Assembly: GCA_963804995.1 (NCBI GenBank)
Contig: CAWDSK010000006.1
Coordinates: 2,048,001-2,112,000 of the forward strand
Length of the DNA: 64,000 nucleotides
Direction of reading: 5' to 3'
Source of the DNA: an uncultured Acidobacteriota bacterium
GTDB taxonomy: Bacteria; Acidobacteriota; Terriglobia; UBA7540
The notes beneath the pieces are model-generated. The model was not told the DNA's origin and did no database searches. It was given only the letters and a program-made list of their open reading frames with translations. Shown here one piece after another: positions 49,614 through 59,737 of the stretch. Each line of letters starts with the position of its first letter. Position 1 is the first letter of the stretch. Made by a program: the position numbers and the translations under genes.

Positions 49614-49752
49614 CCGGAACTCCTCCGCCTCTGAGCGTACGCAAACTGACGCGCCATATCAAGCTATTGCCAGATTCGGATGAGGGCTGCGGTTATTCTC
49701 TCATGCGCAACAAAAAGCCGCGGACGCCTTCAACGCGTCCACGCTACGCTTG

Positions 49753-49983
49753 CTACAGATTCGTCCACTCTTCCACCGAAACCGCCCGCCCCAAGAGGAT
49801 CTCAACCTCCCGAACCAGCATGCGCAGTTGCGGGACGGAGTATTCGGAATTGGAGGGAATTGCCTGACGCTTCTGGGAGAAAACCATGAATTGGTGGCGG
49901 GTTCCTGAGAAGGGGCCGTCAAAACCCAGGCTACGAAGTTTGCGGATGAAGTCGCCGCGCTTACAGGGCGTCCACCGGCTCAC
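49753..49983 (-). CDS. hicA: HicA family toxin
   Basis: 'FIRKLRSLGFDGPFSGTRHQFM'. Confidence 0.8.
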   Translation of the reverse strand: MSRWTPCKRGDFIRKLRSLGFDGPFSGTRHQFMVFSQKRQAIPSNSEYSVPQLRMLVREVEILLGRAVSVEEWTNL

Positions 49984-50233
49984 GAGAGGGCTCCTTGTTC
50001 AGGTCGATTCCCTGGAGAACCGGCAAGGGATGTTTCAGTTGGAGCCCCACCAGTATCCAATCCTCCAGTGTGGAGCGCAGTTCGTTCTCACATTCCCGCA
50101 GCGAGCTTCCAAAGACAATGACTCCCGGGCAGGGGGGAATGCGACCAGCGTAGCTTCCATCTTCCAACTTCTCGTAGGTAGCTTGCGCCAGGGCCTCTCC
50201 AACGTAATCACTCAGCACAAACCGTGGAGCCAC
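49961..50233 (-). CDS. hicB: HicB family antitoxin (short, no DNA-binding domain)
   Basis: 'YEKLEDGSYAGRIPPCPGVIVFGSSLRECENELRSTLEDW'; GGAGG before GTG at 50233. Confidence 0.8.
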   Translation of the reverse strand: MAPRFVLSDYVGEALAQATYEKLEDGSYAGRIPPCPGVIVFGSSLRECENELRSTLEDWILVGLQLKHPLPVLQGIDLNKEPSREPVDAL

Positions 50234-50291
50234 GCGACACCTCCGCCTCTCTGTCCAATTATACCTTTTCCTAACCAAAGGCAGTGCAAAC

Positions 50292-50906
50292 TTGTTCTCC
50301 AAACCGGTAGCGCTTCCGCGACTACCCTTGATTTCCCGCCTGCAACCGGTGCAGCAGGCGGATTTGGCCGGCGTGGTAGATATGTGCGTGGAGGAGACCG
50401 TCGAAGGGGGATACGCGTATCGTTACGGCCTGCGGGCGTGGGATCCGCAATACGTCATTCGTCACTTGGTCAACTACACCCTGAAGACGCAGATGGAGGC
50501 GGCCACCGCGCATCAGGAGCGGACGAAGGCCCAGGGGCTGCGCAACTGGATCCTCTGCCTCTTCCCCATCGCGGGATTCGCGCCGGACCCGGTGCAGCGT
50601 GAGTGGGAAGAGAAGACGGGACTCCGCATGGCCTGGGCTTCCGGTGGTTCAGCCTTGTTCGGCATGGCCTTGGCCTTTGCGCTGCGAGGTGCTTCTGAGG
50701 ATTCACGCTTTGTTGCCGTCGTCTACTACCTGGCCCTGGAATCCTTTGCGCGGCTATTCTGGACCGCCATCTCCCGCCGACCGCACGGGTCATTCTTGCT
50801 GACATTGCCGTACATTCTGTGGCAAGGGCTGAAACAAATGGGGCCGCCGAAGTCCGCGGAAGACGCGGGCGCAGTGCACATGAAGAGACAAGATGAAGTG
50901 AGTTGA
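50292..50906 (+). CDS. Hypothetical membrane protein, possibly a fragment
   Basis: 204-aa ORF with hydrophobic segments; no motif recognised; start uncertain. Confidence 0.45.
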   Translation: MFSKPVALPRLPLISRLQPVQQADLAGVVDMCVEETVEGGYAYRYGLRAWDPQYVIRHLVNYTLKTQMEAATAHQERTKAQGLRNWILCLFPIAGFAPDPVQREWEEKTGLRMAWASGGSALFGMALAFALRGASEDSRFVAVVYYLALESFARLFWTAISRRPHGSFLLTLPYILWQGLKQMGPPKSAEDAGAVHMKRQDEVS

Positions 50907-51069
50907 GATCCGGGCAGAAATTCCCTACGAGTTCGCCCCTGGTATTTCGACACCACCCTGGCTGGGTCAACTCTGGTAGGGTTTAAGGAATGCGAGAACG
51001 GTAGCCGCGCGCTATTTCGGAGCGCAGCACGGAGAATCCGCATGTGAAAAGTCATAGGAAAATAACGCA

Positions 51070-51148
51070 TGAAGGTGGGGAATTAAGTGGGACCTCGCTC
51101 GCTATGCCCCGCGGAGAGCAACAAGTGGGACAGTTCCACACATTGACA
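51070..51148. repeat. Dispersed ~78-bp non-coding element, copy 2
   Basis: Matches 9602-9679. Confidence 0.7.
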
Positions 51149-51409
51149 TATAGTCGCGAACACACAAAGGTTGAGTCGGAGAGCACGCCCTTTCCAGCCT
51201 GACCTTTACACCCCTGGTCGAGGCGGACGTGCAGATTTTTCGCTTCCAGTCCTCACGCCAACGGTACTAAGAACCGCATCCCTAAGTGAATTGACCTTGC
51301 CAATGACCGTTCCGGGTAGGCGCTCTCCAAGGCTTGCGGAGATAAGGATTCCGTGAGCCTGGCCGGTGGCCTGGGCTGAGATGGGCCGCCCCGCTGGGGA
51401 TGGGAAGAC

Positions 51410-51760
51410 ATAGGGGCAGGCCTCGCCCTACGGCGCAAAGCCTTCGGGTAGCAGGCCATCCTATGCCCAAGCTCCGGACGGCAGGCCCAAGCCATCGGGC
51501 GACGGGTCGTGCCTGCCCTCACCGTCGGCAGGGCCGACTTCAGGGCACCCATGAGGGGCCCCTACGGTCTGGTAGCCACGGTCAGCGTTTTCCTGACCGT
51601 GGGCCTTTCTCACGCGCAATACCACAGCCACATTTGACCAGGGGTTTTGGGATCAAAGGAAAATCCCACGGACAGAGAAGCACTGTCCGTGGCTACCCCC
51701 TCGTCGGCAGGGCCGACCTCCGGGCACCCATGAGGGGCCCCTACGCTTGCGGCCCCTACT
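51410..51760 (-). repeat. Cluster of GTAGGGGC-type REPs with an internal ~43-bp duplication
   Basis: cgtcggcagggccgac...gggcacccatgaggggcccctacg at ~51523-51566 and ~51702-51745. Confidence 0.75.
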
Positions 51761-51782
51761 GCGCCTCAGATAGACTTGACTC

Positions 51783-52778
51783 ATGCGCGCGATGTTGCTG
51801 GACAAGCCGCGGCCGGCGGAAGAAAACCCTTTGCGTCTCACCGAGCTTCCGTTGCCCAATCCGGGCGCGGGCGAAATCCGCGTGCAGGTGCGTGCCTGCG
51901 GAGTTTGCCATACCGACCTGCACATCGTGGAAGGCGACCTCGCGCTGCCCAAGCTTCCGGTAGTTCCCGGTCATCAGATTGTCGGCACAGTAGACGCTCT
52001 GGGTGCAGGTGTCAGTGAATTCCGGGCGGGCGACCGCGTAGGTGTTCCCTGGCTCTACTGGACGGACGGCGAGTGCGCATACTGCCGCAAGGGGCTGGAG
52101 AATCTTTGCGACCGCGCGCGCTTTACGGGATTCCATGCCGACGGCGGCTACGCGGAAGCGATGGTGGTGCCCGCCGCGTTTGCTTATGCGCTTCCCGAGG
52201 GCTTTTCGGACCTGCAAGCCGCGCCCTTGCTCTGCGCCGGGATCATCGGCTATCGGGCCTTGCAGCTTTCGAACCTTGAAGCAGGCGGCCGGCTGGGGCT
52301 TTATGGATTTGGGGCTTCGGCGCACATCGTGATTCAAATCGCGCGGCACATGGGATGCGAAGTCTCGGTCTTCACTCGCGCGGAAACGCACCGGCGACTG
52401 GCGCGGGAGCTCGGGGCCGCCTGGGTAGGCGCAGCGGGTGAGCAGCCGCCCGCGCCGCTCGACGCCGCGATTATATTTGCGCCGGCGGGAAAACTCGTCC
52501 CTGAAGCCTTGCGCGCGCTGCGCAAGGGGGGAACGCTGGCGCTTGCCGGCATCACCATGTCCGCCCTTCCTGAGATGGACTACAAACTCCTCTACAACGA
52601 GCGCATTCTGCGCAGCGTGGCCAACAGCACGCGAGACGACGCCCGCAACCTGCTTCGCCTGGCCGCGGAAATTCCCATCCGAACGGAAGTTGAGACCTTT
52701 CCCCTGGCCGATGCAAACCACGCCCTCCAAAATCTTAAGAGCAGCAAAATTCACGGAGCAGGCGTGGTGGTGATCTGA
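51783..52778 (+). CDS. Zinc-dependent alcohol dehydrogenase (MDR family)
   Basis: 'CGVCHTDLH', 'PGHQIVG', 'DGECAYCRKGLENLC', 'GLYGFGAS'. Confidence 0.93.
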   Translation: MRAMLLDKPRPAEENPLRLTELPLPNPGAGEIRVQVRACGVCHTDLHIVEGDLALPKLPVVPGHQIVGTVDALGAGVSEFRAGDRVGVPWLYWTDGECAYCRKGLENLCDRARFTGFHADGGYAEAMVVPAAFAYALPEGFSDLQAAPLLCAGIIGYRALQLSNLEAGGRLGLYGFGASAHIVIQIARHMGCEVSVFTRAETHRRLARELGAAWVGAAGEQPPAPLDAAIIFAPAGKLVPEALRALRKGGTLALAGITMSALPEMDYKLLYNERILRSVANSTRDDARNLLRLAAEIPIRTEVETFPLADANHALQNLKSSKIHGAGVVVI

Positions 52779-52791
52779 AAAGGCGCGATGC

Positions 52792-53664
52792 TTATATGGG
52801 GCGTTCGATGCGCATTCCGGTCAGGGACGTCGCCATCTCGCTGATTTTATAAGCGACACCGTGGGAGAACAATCCATCCGTGGGCTTCTCGTCGACGTAA
52901 ACGATATTGGCAGGTACAAAAATGTTGGCGGCCCCGGGCGTGTAAGGCAGGGCGGCCTCGACGGAGGTCCCGATGGGGTACCGCAGGCGGCTCTTGAAGC
53001 GAAAGCCTCCCCGCGAGATGTTTTCGGTTGTGGCGATCGCTTCCCCAATCTCCGGGTGCCGGACCAGGACATCCACCTTCAGGCCGATGCGCGCGTCGCG
53101 TCGCTCATTACTCGTGCGGAGGGGCAGCACCGTCACTGAGCCCATCGCTGCTGCCGCTTCCTTGGCCTCACGGAGCGCGGCCTGTCTCCACAGGCTGGTT
53201 CCCACGCCTTTGCATTGCCGGCAGGACCGCAACAGGCTCTCGTTGGCCAGCAGAACTTCCAGGGCAAAAACATCCAGGTGGACGACTTCCTGGGTGTGGC
53301 AGCGGATGCATTCCAGTAGGACGCGCCCCGCGGCTTCATGGGCCTCCGCCGGCGTGGGAAACTCAATGTCCCAGAGATTCACATGGGAGTCCAAGACTTC
53401 CAGGCCGTAGTAATAGCCTTCATCGACCTCCCCGATCTGCCCCACCACCCGGGTGGTGGTTTCGACGCCGGTCTTGAAGCAGCGCAGGCTCAGCGCTTGC
53501 TGGGGAAGCAGCACGCGCGCGGAAAGGATCTTGGCGCCGTGCCGGCTGACCACCAGGGTCTGAGTCCGTTCGGTGAAGCTCCTGCCACCGGCGTCGACAC
53601 CACTGATTTGAATTCCCAACTCCAGATAGACGCGATCACTGCGGCGTTTTGTTTCAGGATCCAT
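52792..53664 (-). CDS. Tandem PilZ-domain protein with central CxxC...CxxC
   Basis: 'RRSDR...VSRHGA' and 'ERRDAR...NISRGG' PilZ motifs; ATG at 53664 after GAGG. Confidence 0.8.
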   Translation of the reverse strand: MDPETKRRSDRVYLELGIQISGVDAGGRSFTERTQTLVVSRHGAKILSARVLLPQQALSLRCFKTGVETTTRVVGQIGEVDEGYYYGLEVLDSHVNLWDIEFPTPAEAHEAAGRVLLECIRCHTQEVVHLDVFALEVLLANESLLRSCRQCKGVGTSLWRQAALREAKEAAAAMGSVTVLPLRTSNERRDARIGLKVDVLVRHPEIGEAIATTENISRGGFRFKSRLRYPIGTSVEAALPYTPGAANIFVPANIVYVDEKPTDGLFSHGVAYKISEMATSLTGMRIERPI

Positions 53665-54103
53665 GGCGCACCTCACATTCGCGACAAGCGCTCTGGATAA
53701 ACTCGCTCGACGTGGCCTTTCAGTGGCCGGAATATAGTTGAAGGGCATGGGGTTGTCAACTTGGTTTTTCGCCCTGAGTTCTTGATTCTTTGCGCGTCCT
53801 CTCCCTGGTAGCTTCTTTTTTCGGAGCGTCCGCATCCCATTCACACCCATATGAATATTGATGACGGCAACTTTCCGAAGGTTCGGAGGCAAGGTTCAAA
53901 ATGGAAATGTGGACTTACATGATCGCGGTGGGGGCACTTGCGCAGCCGGAAGAGGAGTCATCGCCCGCGACAACTTTGACACCATCGCGGTGCTGGAGCT
54001 TGCGCAGAACTAAAGCGGGGTGTTAACCGGGGCTGCCGGGTGTACACTCACAGTTACCCATGAATCTCAAATGGAAATCGTGGGTGTGTGACCGAAGCTG
54101 GCT

Positions 54104-54571
54104 ATGAATCGTAAACGATGGGTGCTCATGGCAGTGGCGCTATTCTTTGGGGGAGTTCTTGTGGGCTACTTCGTGGGCCAAGCATTCCGACAGAACCCGC
54201 TTCAGAAACAGGAGCGTATTCAGCAAGGACAGTCAGGCACAAAGCTGGGGCCCTGGGAGACGCGGTTCAAGCCCCCCACCTCAATTCGGTTGCCAGATGC
54301 AAACCCCGTGGTCACATTTGAATTTGGGAGAGTCGAACGGGTGGTTTATGACAACCTGACTGTTACAATTACGAATATGACAGGCGGCCAATATACCCTG
54401 TCGTACATGGTTTTCGGTTACGATTCAAAGGGAAGGCGCGTGAGTGAAGGGGAGGCTGAGTTCCAAATCGGCAGCCGCGAGAGCGTGGTCAGAGAAATTC
54501 AGCTACAAACCTATGGGCTGGGACCCCGCCATGCTTCCTCTTTCCTCCTTGTGACAAGGATCGACCAATGA
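54104..54571 (+). CDS. Hypothetical membrane-anchored protein
   Basis: N-terminal TM segment then beta-rich domain. Confidence 0.6.
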   Translation: MNRKRWVLMAVALFFGGVLVGYFVGQAFRQNPLQKQERIQQGQSGTKLGPWETRFKPPTSIRLPDANPVVTFEFGRVERVVYDNLTVTITNMTGGQYTLSYMVFGYDSKGRRVSEGEAEFQIGSRESVVREIQLQTYGLGPRHASSFLLVTRIDQ

Positions 54572-54605
54572 TAGGTAAGCCAATGCAGACGGGAGAGAAA
54601 TTCGG

Positions 54606-54821
54606 ATGAAATCGATACAGGAAGCTACTCGACGCTATGTCAAGAAGTCAGTGATGGCTTTCCTGGAAGGTGAGAAAGACCTTAGGTGGATTAGTGGAGT
54701 TCTTCGCCACTCCGGGCTAGCGAAAGAACCGACTAAAGCGATCCTTCTTTCTTTAGGGGATTACGGAGACCGTGGCCGCGCAAAGGCTCTTTTGAATTGG
54801 TTTGAGTCATCTGACCGGTAA
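54606..54821 (+). CDS. Small hypothetical protein
   Basis: 71-aa ORF with GGAG RBS, co-oriented with neighbours. Confidence 0.5.
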   Translation: MKSIQEATRRYVKKSVMAFLEGEKDLRWISGVLRHSGLAKEPTKAILLSLGDYGDRGRAKALLNWFESSDR

Positions 54822-54897
54822 GGAAAGGAAGTCCGCTTGCTAACTTTGTGGGACATCGCAACGGAAGACGCGTACATTGCGTGAGGGGAAGTTTCTC

Positions 54898-55386
54898 ATG
54901 AGTTCGGTCCCTTGCTGGGTATGCCCTTCATGTAATGCATGGGTCTCGGTGGACTTCAGCACCTGCCCAGGTTGCGGGCATTCCTCTCCCTTTACGCATC
55001 CGCCGACTTCGCCTGCCACAGAAACTCGTAGTGGAACGAGTACGGTTTGCAGGATTAAGTTTCTTGTCCAGGGTTCTGAAGCAGAGCCTTACGAGACTGT
55101 ATTTTCCAAGCAAGGTGACAGGGTTACCGCAACATGCTCCTGCCCTGCGGGCGTCAAGGGTCTCAGGGGTATGTGTTGCAAGCATCGAACCAGAATACTT
55201 CGAGGCGGTACCGATGGAATAGTGAGCGCAAATATCGGAGACGTCAAAATTGTGCAGGGATGGATAGCAGGTTCGGACATTGAAATTGCATGTCAGAGGC
55301 TTTCAGAAGGTGAAGCTGATCTTGAACGGGCAAGGAAGAAAGTTGCTGCTGCAAAAAAGGTACTCGCAAAGGTGATGTCGAAATAA
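54898..55386 (+). CDS. SWIM zinc-finger protein with N-terminal zinc ribbon
   Basis: 'CPSC...CPGC' and 'TCSCPAG...CCKH'. Confidence 0.7.
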   Translation: MSSVPCWVCPSCNAWVSVDFSTCPGCGHSSPFTHPPTSPATETRSGTSTVCRIKFLVQGSEAEPYETVFSKQGDRVTATCSCPAGVKGLRGMCCKHRTRILRGGTDGIVSANIGDVKIVQGWIAGSDIEIACQRLSEGEADLERARKKVAAAKKVLAKVMSK

Positions 55387-55509
55387 CACCCCGCAAGCCC
55401 CGGATTCCTTGCGATTGTCTGGTAGCGGTCAGAGCAGTCTTGACGTGCAGGACCATCAAATTGCGGGGATGCACCGCCTCAAACGACACCTGTCCGCCGA
55501 AAACCGCGT

Positions 55510-56952
55510 TTATGATCCGACAGGCTCTTTCGGCTTGCGGCGCGTGGAGGGCTTACGGGTTCCCGTCTTCGTTCCTGATTTGGCAGCGCGCGGTTTGCGT
55601 GGCTTGCGCTCCGGAGCAGCCTCGACAGGAGCAACTTCCTCCACAACCGGCGACTCAGGCGGCGCTTCCGGCACCGGAACTTCGTCCGGTTGCTCGATGA
55701 CATCCCAGTTCACATCGGTCTCTACCGGCTGAACTTCCGGCTCAAGAATTTCCGGCGCTTCCGGCGCAACCTCAGTGGGAACAGCCGGGGCCGCGGCAGG
55801 CGCGGTGGCAGGGAATACTCGCCACACACCCTTGCGATCGCGGTGCAAGCGCAGCCAGCCTTCGCGTTGCGCCTGATGGAGAAGGTCAAGCAACCCGCGA
55901 AATCCGGAGCGTTCGTCGATGGAAGCGCCTGCCGCGCGCAAGACCTGGCGAATCTGGCGCAGGTAAACGGGGCGGTTCGGCGCCTTCTCAAAATGGGCAG
56001 GCAGAGCCTGCCGCAATGCCGTCAGGGCTTCCTCCAGGCTGGCGGTGGGAGCGGCGGGGGCAACCGCTTCAACCTGCGCGGCGCTGGGCGCAGCAGCAGC
56101 CTCACTGGCCGCGGTTTCTGCCGCAGGCTCAGCTTCCGCCGCAGCCTCCGCCGTCGGCTCCGGAGGAGCTTCGCGTGTGCCCTCGACCTCCAAAGCTTCC
56201 ACCAGATAACCACGATCGGTGCGGCGCATCTCCACCAGTCCGGCCTTGCGGAGCTTTTGGATAAATTCCAGAAACGACCCGGCGCCGAAGTCGCGCTCGC
56301 TGAAAGTAGCATCGAGCTGCAGCAGGGTGCTCTTCAACAGGCCGAGTTGAGGGGCAACTTCCCGCTCCGCCAGAATCTGCAGGGCGCGCTGGATATTCGG
56401 CAGCGCCGAGGAAATCGCGCGGCTTTCCGAACTGCGGGCGGTGGAACGCTGGGAGCGCGCGCTGCGGGACCCATCGCCTCCGGTCTTGAGCAGATTCTCG
56501 TAAGAGATGAACTCGTGGCAGTTGCGCTGCAGAATGCCGCTGGTGAACTGACGCCCGCCCACCACGAACACCCGCTTGTCATACTGCTTCAGCTTTTCCA
56601 CCAGGGCGATGAAATCGCTGTCGCCTCCCACGATCACAAAAGTGTTGATGTGATCGCGTGTGAAGGCCATTTCCAGGGCGTCGAGCGCCAGATTAATGTC
56701 CGCACCGTTCTTGTCGCCGCGGGGCGTCACGCTGCGCTGCACCATGTGCACGGCGTGTTGGGTCATCTCGCGGCTATACTCGCCGGCGCGCGGCCAGTCG
56801 CCGTAAGCAATCTTGCTGACCACCTCACCGCGTTCCTTAAGGGCCTCCAGAACGATGGAGACGTCGAAATCTTTCCCCATCGTGTCTTTGACACCAATCT
56901 GAATATTGTCGAAGTCAATAAAAACCGCTATCTTCAGTCTTTCTTCCAGCAC
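55510..56952 (-). CDS. NYN (LabA/DUF88) domain protein with OST-HTH/LOTUS domains
   Basis: 'AVFIDFDN', 'KNGADINLALD', 'GGDSDF'; 'DATFSERDFGAGSF' and 'SIDERSGFRGL'. Confidence 0.9.
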   Translation of the reverse strand: MLEERLKIAVFIDFDNIQIGVKDTMGKDFDVSIVLEALKERGEVVSKIAYGDWPRAGEYSREMTQHAVHMVQRSVTPRGDKNGADINLALDALEMAFTRDHINTFVIVGGDSDFIALVEKLKQYDKRVFVVGGRQFTSGILQRNCHEFISYENLLKTGGDGSRSARSQRSTARSSESRAISSALPNIQRALQILAEREVAPQLGLLKSTLLQLDATFSERDFGAGSFLEFIQKLRKAGLVEMRRTDRGYLVEALEVEGTREAPPEPTAEAAAEAEPAAETAASEAAAAPSAAQVEAVAPAAPTASLEEALTALRQALPAHFEKAPNRPVYLRQIRQVLRAAGASIDERSGFRGLLDLLHQAQREGWLRLHRDRKGVWRVFPATAPAAAPAVPTEVAPEAPEILEPEVQPVETDVNWDVIEQPDEVPVPEAPPESPVVEEVAPVEAAPERKPRKPRAAKSGTKTGTRKPSTRRKPKEPVGS

Positions 56953-57084
56953 ATTCCCTTCTTTCACCCAGGTTGCCCGCGGCAGACTCGGCCGTGGTGG
57001 CACTACTCGGGATGTTACATTACATTTAACATCATACTCCTAAACGTCCCATCTTGGCACTTCCTGAATTAAACGTTTGATGTT

Positions 57085-57118
57085 GTAGCGGCGAGTTTAC
57101 CTCGCCATAGGGCGGCGT
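57085..57118 (+). repeat. GTAG-type REP (GTAGCGGCGAGTTTACCTCGCC)
   Basis: Matches the 31968/42350 family. Confidence 0.8.
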
Positions 57119-57189
57119 AAAGCTAGACTTGTCCAGATTAGCGAAGCCTTCGAGTGGTCAACGTGGCTCTGCCTCCTGTCATGAAAAAG

Positions 57190-57351
57190 CTCCCCTCCTC
57201 AGATGAGGAGGGGTGGCGCGCCGAGCGCCGGGGTGGTGCTGATGCTTGCCACACGCCGCCCGGCGGATCGAATAACCACCCCGTCGCTATCAGGTGCTCG
57301 CGTAACCACCCCGTCGCCTTCGGCGCCACCCCTCCTAAATCAGGAGGGGAG
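57190..57351. repeat. CCCCTCCT/ACCACCCC palindromic doublet
   Basis: ctcccctcctcagatgaggaggggtggcgcgccgagcgccggggtggt ... accaccccgtcgccttcggcgccacccctcctaaatcaggaggggag. Confidence 0.8.
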
Positions 57352-57458
57352 TTACCCCGCCCATTTTCATCATCAGTGGCGCTCCGAAAGAGAATGGGCG
57401 TCTGTGCGGAAGAGTTATGCCCTTCCGGGTTCGCCCCCAGCGCCTTCGCATGCTGAAT

Positions 57459-58415
57459 TCAACGAAGATACATTAGCGTCTCATCGATAAGCCGCTGGGT
57501 TCCCGCGTAAGGCTCGCCATCGCCTTCCCACTCCATGGAGAAATATCCGCGGTAACCCTCGGCCTGCGCTATGTCAAAGCACTTCTTCACATCGACGCTG
57601 TGGAATTTTCCCGCGTCGTCGCCTTCGGAATCCTTCATGTGCGCGATGTTGTAAGCGTACTTGAACAGGGCCGCCATGGCGCGATCATTGAACTCCTGAT
57701 CGTGGGTCATCATGGAATTGCAGAAATCCGGCAAGGCGCGCAGATAGGGGCTGCTGACTTTTTCGATGATCTGGACGAGGAAGAAGGGGTCTTCCGTCAG
57801 GTTGTCGTCATTCTCCAGCGTGACGATGACCTGCTTTGAGGCACCGTACTCGGCAAGTTGCTTCAAGCTCTCCGCCGCGCGTTCCACGTGCGGGGCAACT
57901 GCGCGCGCGCCCTGGATGTGGGTGCGAATGCTGGGTGAACCAATTACCGCTGCAACGTCCACCCATTTCTTGCCGTTCACGACGGCCGTTTGGCGCTTGG
58001 CCGGGTCGGTATCGTAGAAACAAGCGCGCACGCTGCAGGGGATATCGACGGTGTGGCAATCCGCCTTGGCCACGGCCTCCCGAAGGCGCTTGAGGTAGGC
58101 GGGATCCGTCGAGTAGAAGTGGTCACCCAGGAGTTCGACGTTATGAACGCCAAAGCGCTGGACGATCATGGCGGGAAACTCCGTCAAGTTCATCTTGGTC
58201 GCCTTGGAATCACGGCCATAACGATTGCCGGGAGCGTCGATGAACATGCGAAAGGGCCAGGAGGTAATCGCCAGTCGGTCGTGGGGCCGGGTGGGAAAGG
58301 TCAAATGCGGCTCAGCGGGCTGTGCCCAAAGGCGCGGCGGGAAACCCAGAGTTGCTGCGCCTGCTGCCAGGACAGCCGATTCCTTGAGGAACTGCCGTCG
58401 AGAGTTCTGTTTCAT
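57459..58415 (-). CDS. Tat-exported sugar phosphate isomerase/epimerase (xylose-isomerase-like TIM barrel)
   Basis: 'SRRQFLK' Tat motif; 'LENDD', 'LPDFCN', 'HMKD', 'SMEWE'. Confidence 0.85.
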   Translation of the reverse strand: MKQNSRRQFLKESAVLAAGAATLGFPPRLWAQPAEPHLTFPTRPHDRLAITSWPFRMFIDAPGNRYGRDSKATKMNLTEFPAMIVQRFGVHNVELLGDHFYSTDPAYLKRLREAVAKADCHTVDIPCSVRACFYDTDPAKRQTAVVNGKKWVDVAAVIGSPSIRTHIQGARAVAPHVERAAESLKQLAEYGASKQVIVTLENDDNLTEDPFFLVQIIEKVSSPYLRALPDFCNSMMTHDQEFNDRAMAALFKYAYNIAHMKDSEGDDAGKFHSVDVKKCFDIAQAEGYRGYFSMEWEGDGEPYAGTQRLIDETLMYLR

Positions 58416-58561
58416 AAAGTTTTCCTCCTCCACATCAAGGCTGCGAATGAATTCTGCTCAGTGATCCGAGCGCGGTGATAGAATCTGTCTCTCTTTCCGG
58501 GAGTGTCAAGCTGAATTTGGTTGGCGCTCCCCGTGGTAAAAACCCAACCTAGAGGTATACG

Positions 58562-59737
58562 ATGGCAAAAACGGTTAAAGTCGGAATTGTAGGCGCGGGC
58601 TTCGCGGCGCGCTTTCATTGGCAAGGTTACCAGCGCGTCCACAACGTGCCGGTGGAAGTTGTGGGAGTGACCGACCTCTCCGGAAGGTCACGCCAGAAAT
58701 TCCATCACGAGCATAACGTAAAGTCTTTTGCCACCTTTGAGGAGTTGTGCGATGCGGTCGACGTGGTGGATCTTTGCACGCCGCCCTCAACGCACGAAGA
58801 GATGGCGGTTCGAGGCTTCGAACGCGGCAAGCACGTGATTATCGAGAAGCCGTTCACGGGCTATTACGGCCCCGGGACTGCAGATTTCCGCGGCAACACT
58901 TTCAGCAAGGAAGTCATGCTGCGCGAAGCGATGGCAAGCTGCGATCGCATCCTCGCGGCCGCGCGCGCTGCAAAAAGGCGGATCGGCTACGCGGAGAACT
59001 GGGTCTATGCGCCGGCCATTGCCAAGGAGCGCGAGATTCTGATCAAGAGTGGCGGGCAACTGCTTTGGATGATCGGAGATGAATCCCACAGCGGCTCCCA
59101 TTCTCCCTACTACGGCATGTGGAAATTCTCCGGAGGTGGATCGATGGTGGGGAAAGGCTGCCACCCGCTGTCCGCGTTGCTCCACCTGAAGCGGGTGGAA
59201 GGCCAAGCGCGTGATCACAAGCCGATCCGCCCGGCCACCGTCTCCGCGCGCACGCACGAGCTGACGCGCATGAAGAATTTCCGCGATGCGGGTTTCCTGC
59301 GCACCACGTATGATGACATCGAAGATTACTGCCAGATACACGTCACGTTTGAGGACGGCACGGTGGCCGACATTTTTTCTTCGGAGCTTGTCCTGGGGGG
59401 TGTGCACAACTGGCTTGAGGTCTTCGCGAACAATCATCGGACCCGGTGCAATCTTAATCCCGTGGACGCGCTCGAAACTTTCAACCCGCGCGAGGACATC
59501 CTGAAGGACGTTTATCTGACGGAGAAGCTGGGCACCAAGCAGGGCTGGAGCCGTCCCGCGCCGGATGAAGATTGGCAACATGGCTACCCGCAGGAGTTCC
59601 AGGATTTTGTGGAGAGTTTTGCGGCCAACCGCGACCCGCTCGCCAGCGGGGAACTGGCGCGCGACACAATTGCCGTGCTTTACACAGGTTATCTCTCCGC
59701 GGAGCGTCGCGGGACGGAGGTGGAGATTCCTGGTTAG
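58562..59737 (+). CDS. Gfo/Idh/MocA family oxidoreductase
   Basis: 'VGIVGAGF', 'IEKP', 'GGGSM...GCHP'. Confidence 0.9.
   Translation: MAKTVKVGIVGAGFAARFHWQGYQRVHNVPVEVVGVTDLSGRSRQKFHHEHNVKSFATFEELCDAVDVVDLCTPPSTHEEMAVRGFERGKHVIIEKPFTGYYGPGTADFRGNTFSKEVMLREAMASCDRILAAARAAKRRIGYAENWVYAPAIAKEREILIKSGGQLLWMIGDESHSGSHSPYYGMWKFSGGGSMVGKGCHPLSALLHLKRVEGQARDHKPIRPATVSARTHELTRMKNFRDAGFLRTTYDDIEDYCQIHVTFEDGTVADIFSSELVLGGVHNWLEVFANNHRTRCNLNPVDALETFNPREDILKDVYLTEKLGTKQGWSRPAPDEDWQHGYPQEFQDFVESFAANRDPLASGELARDTIAVLYTGYLSAERRGTEVEIPG

Noticed and set aside
51783..52778. Zn-ADH as the missing BMC alcohol dehydrogenase
   Set aside because: 23 kb away, no encapsulation peptide, generic MDR family.
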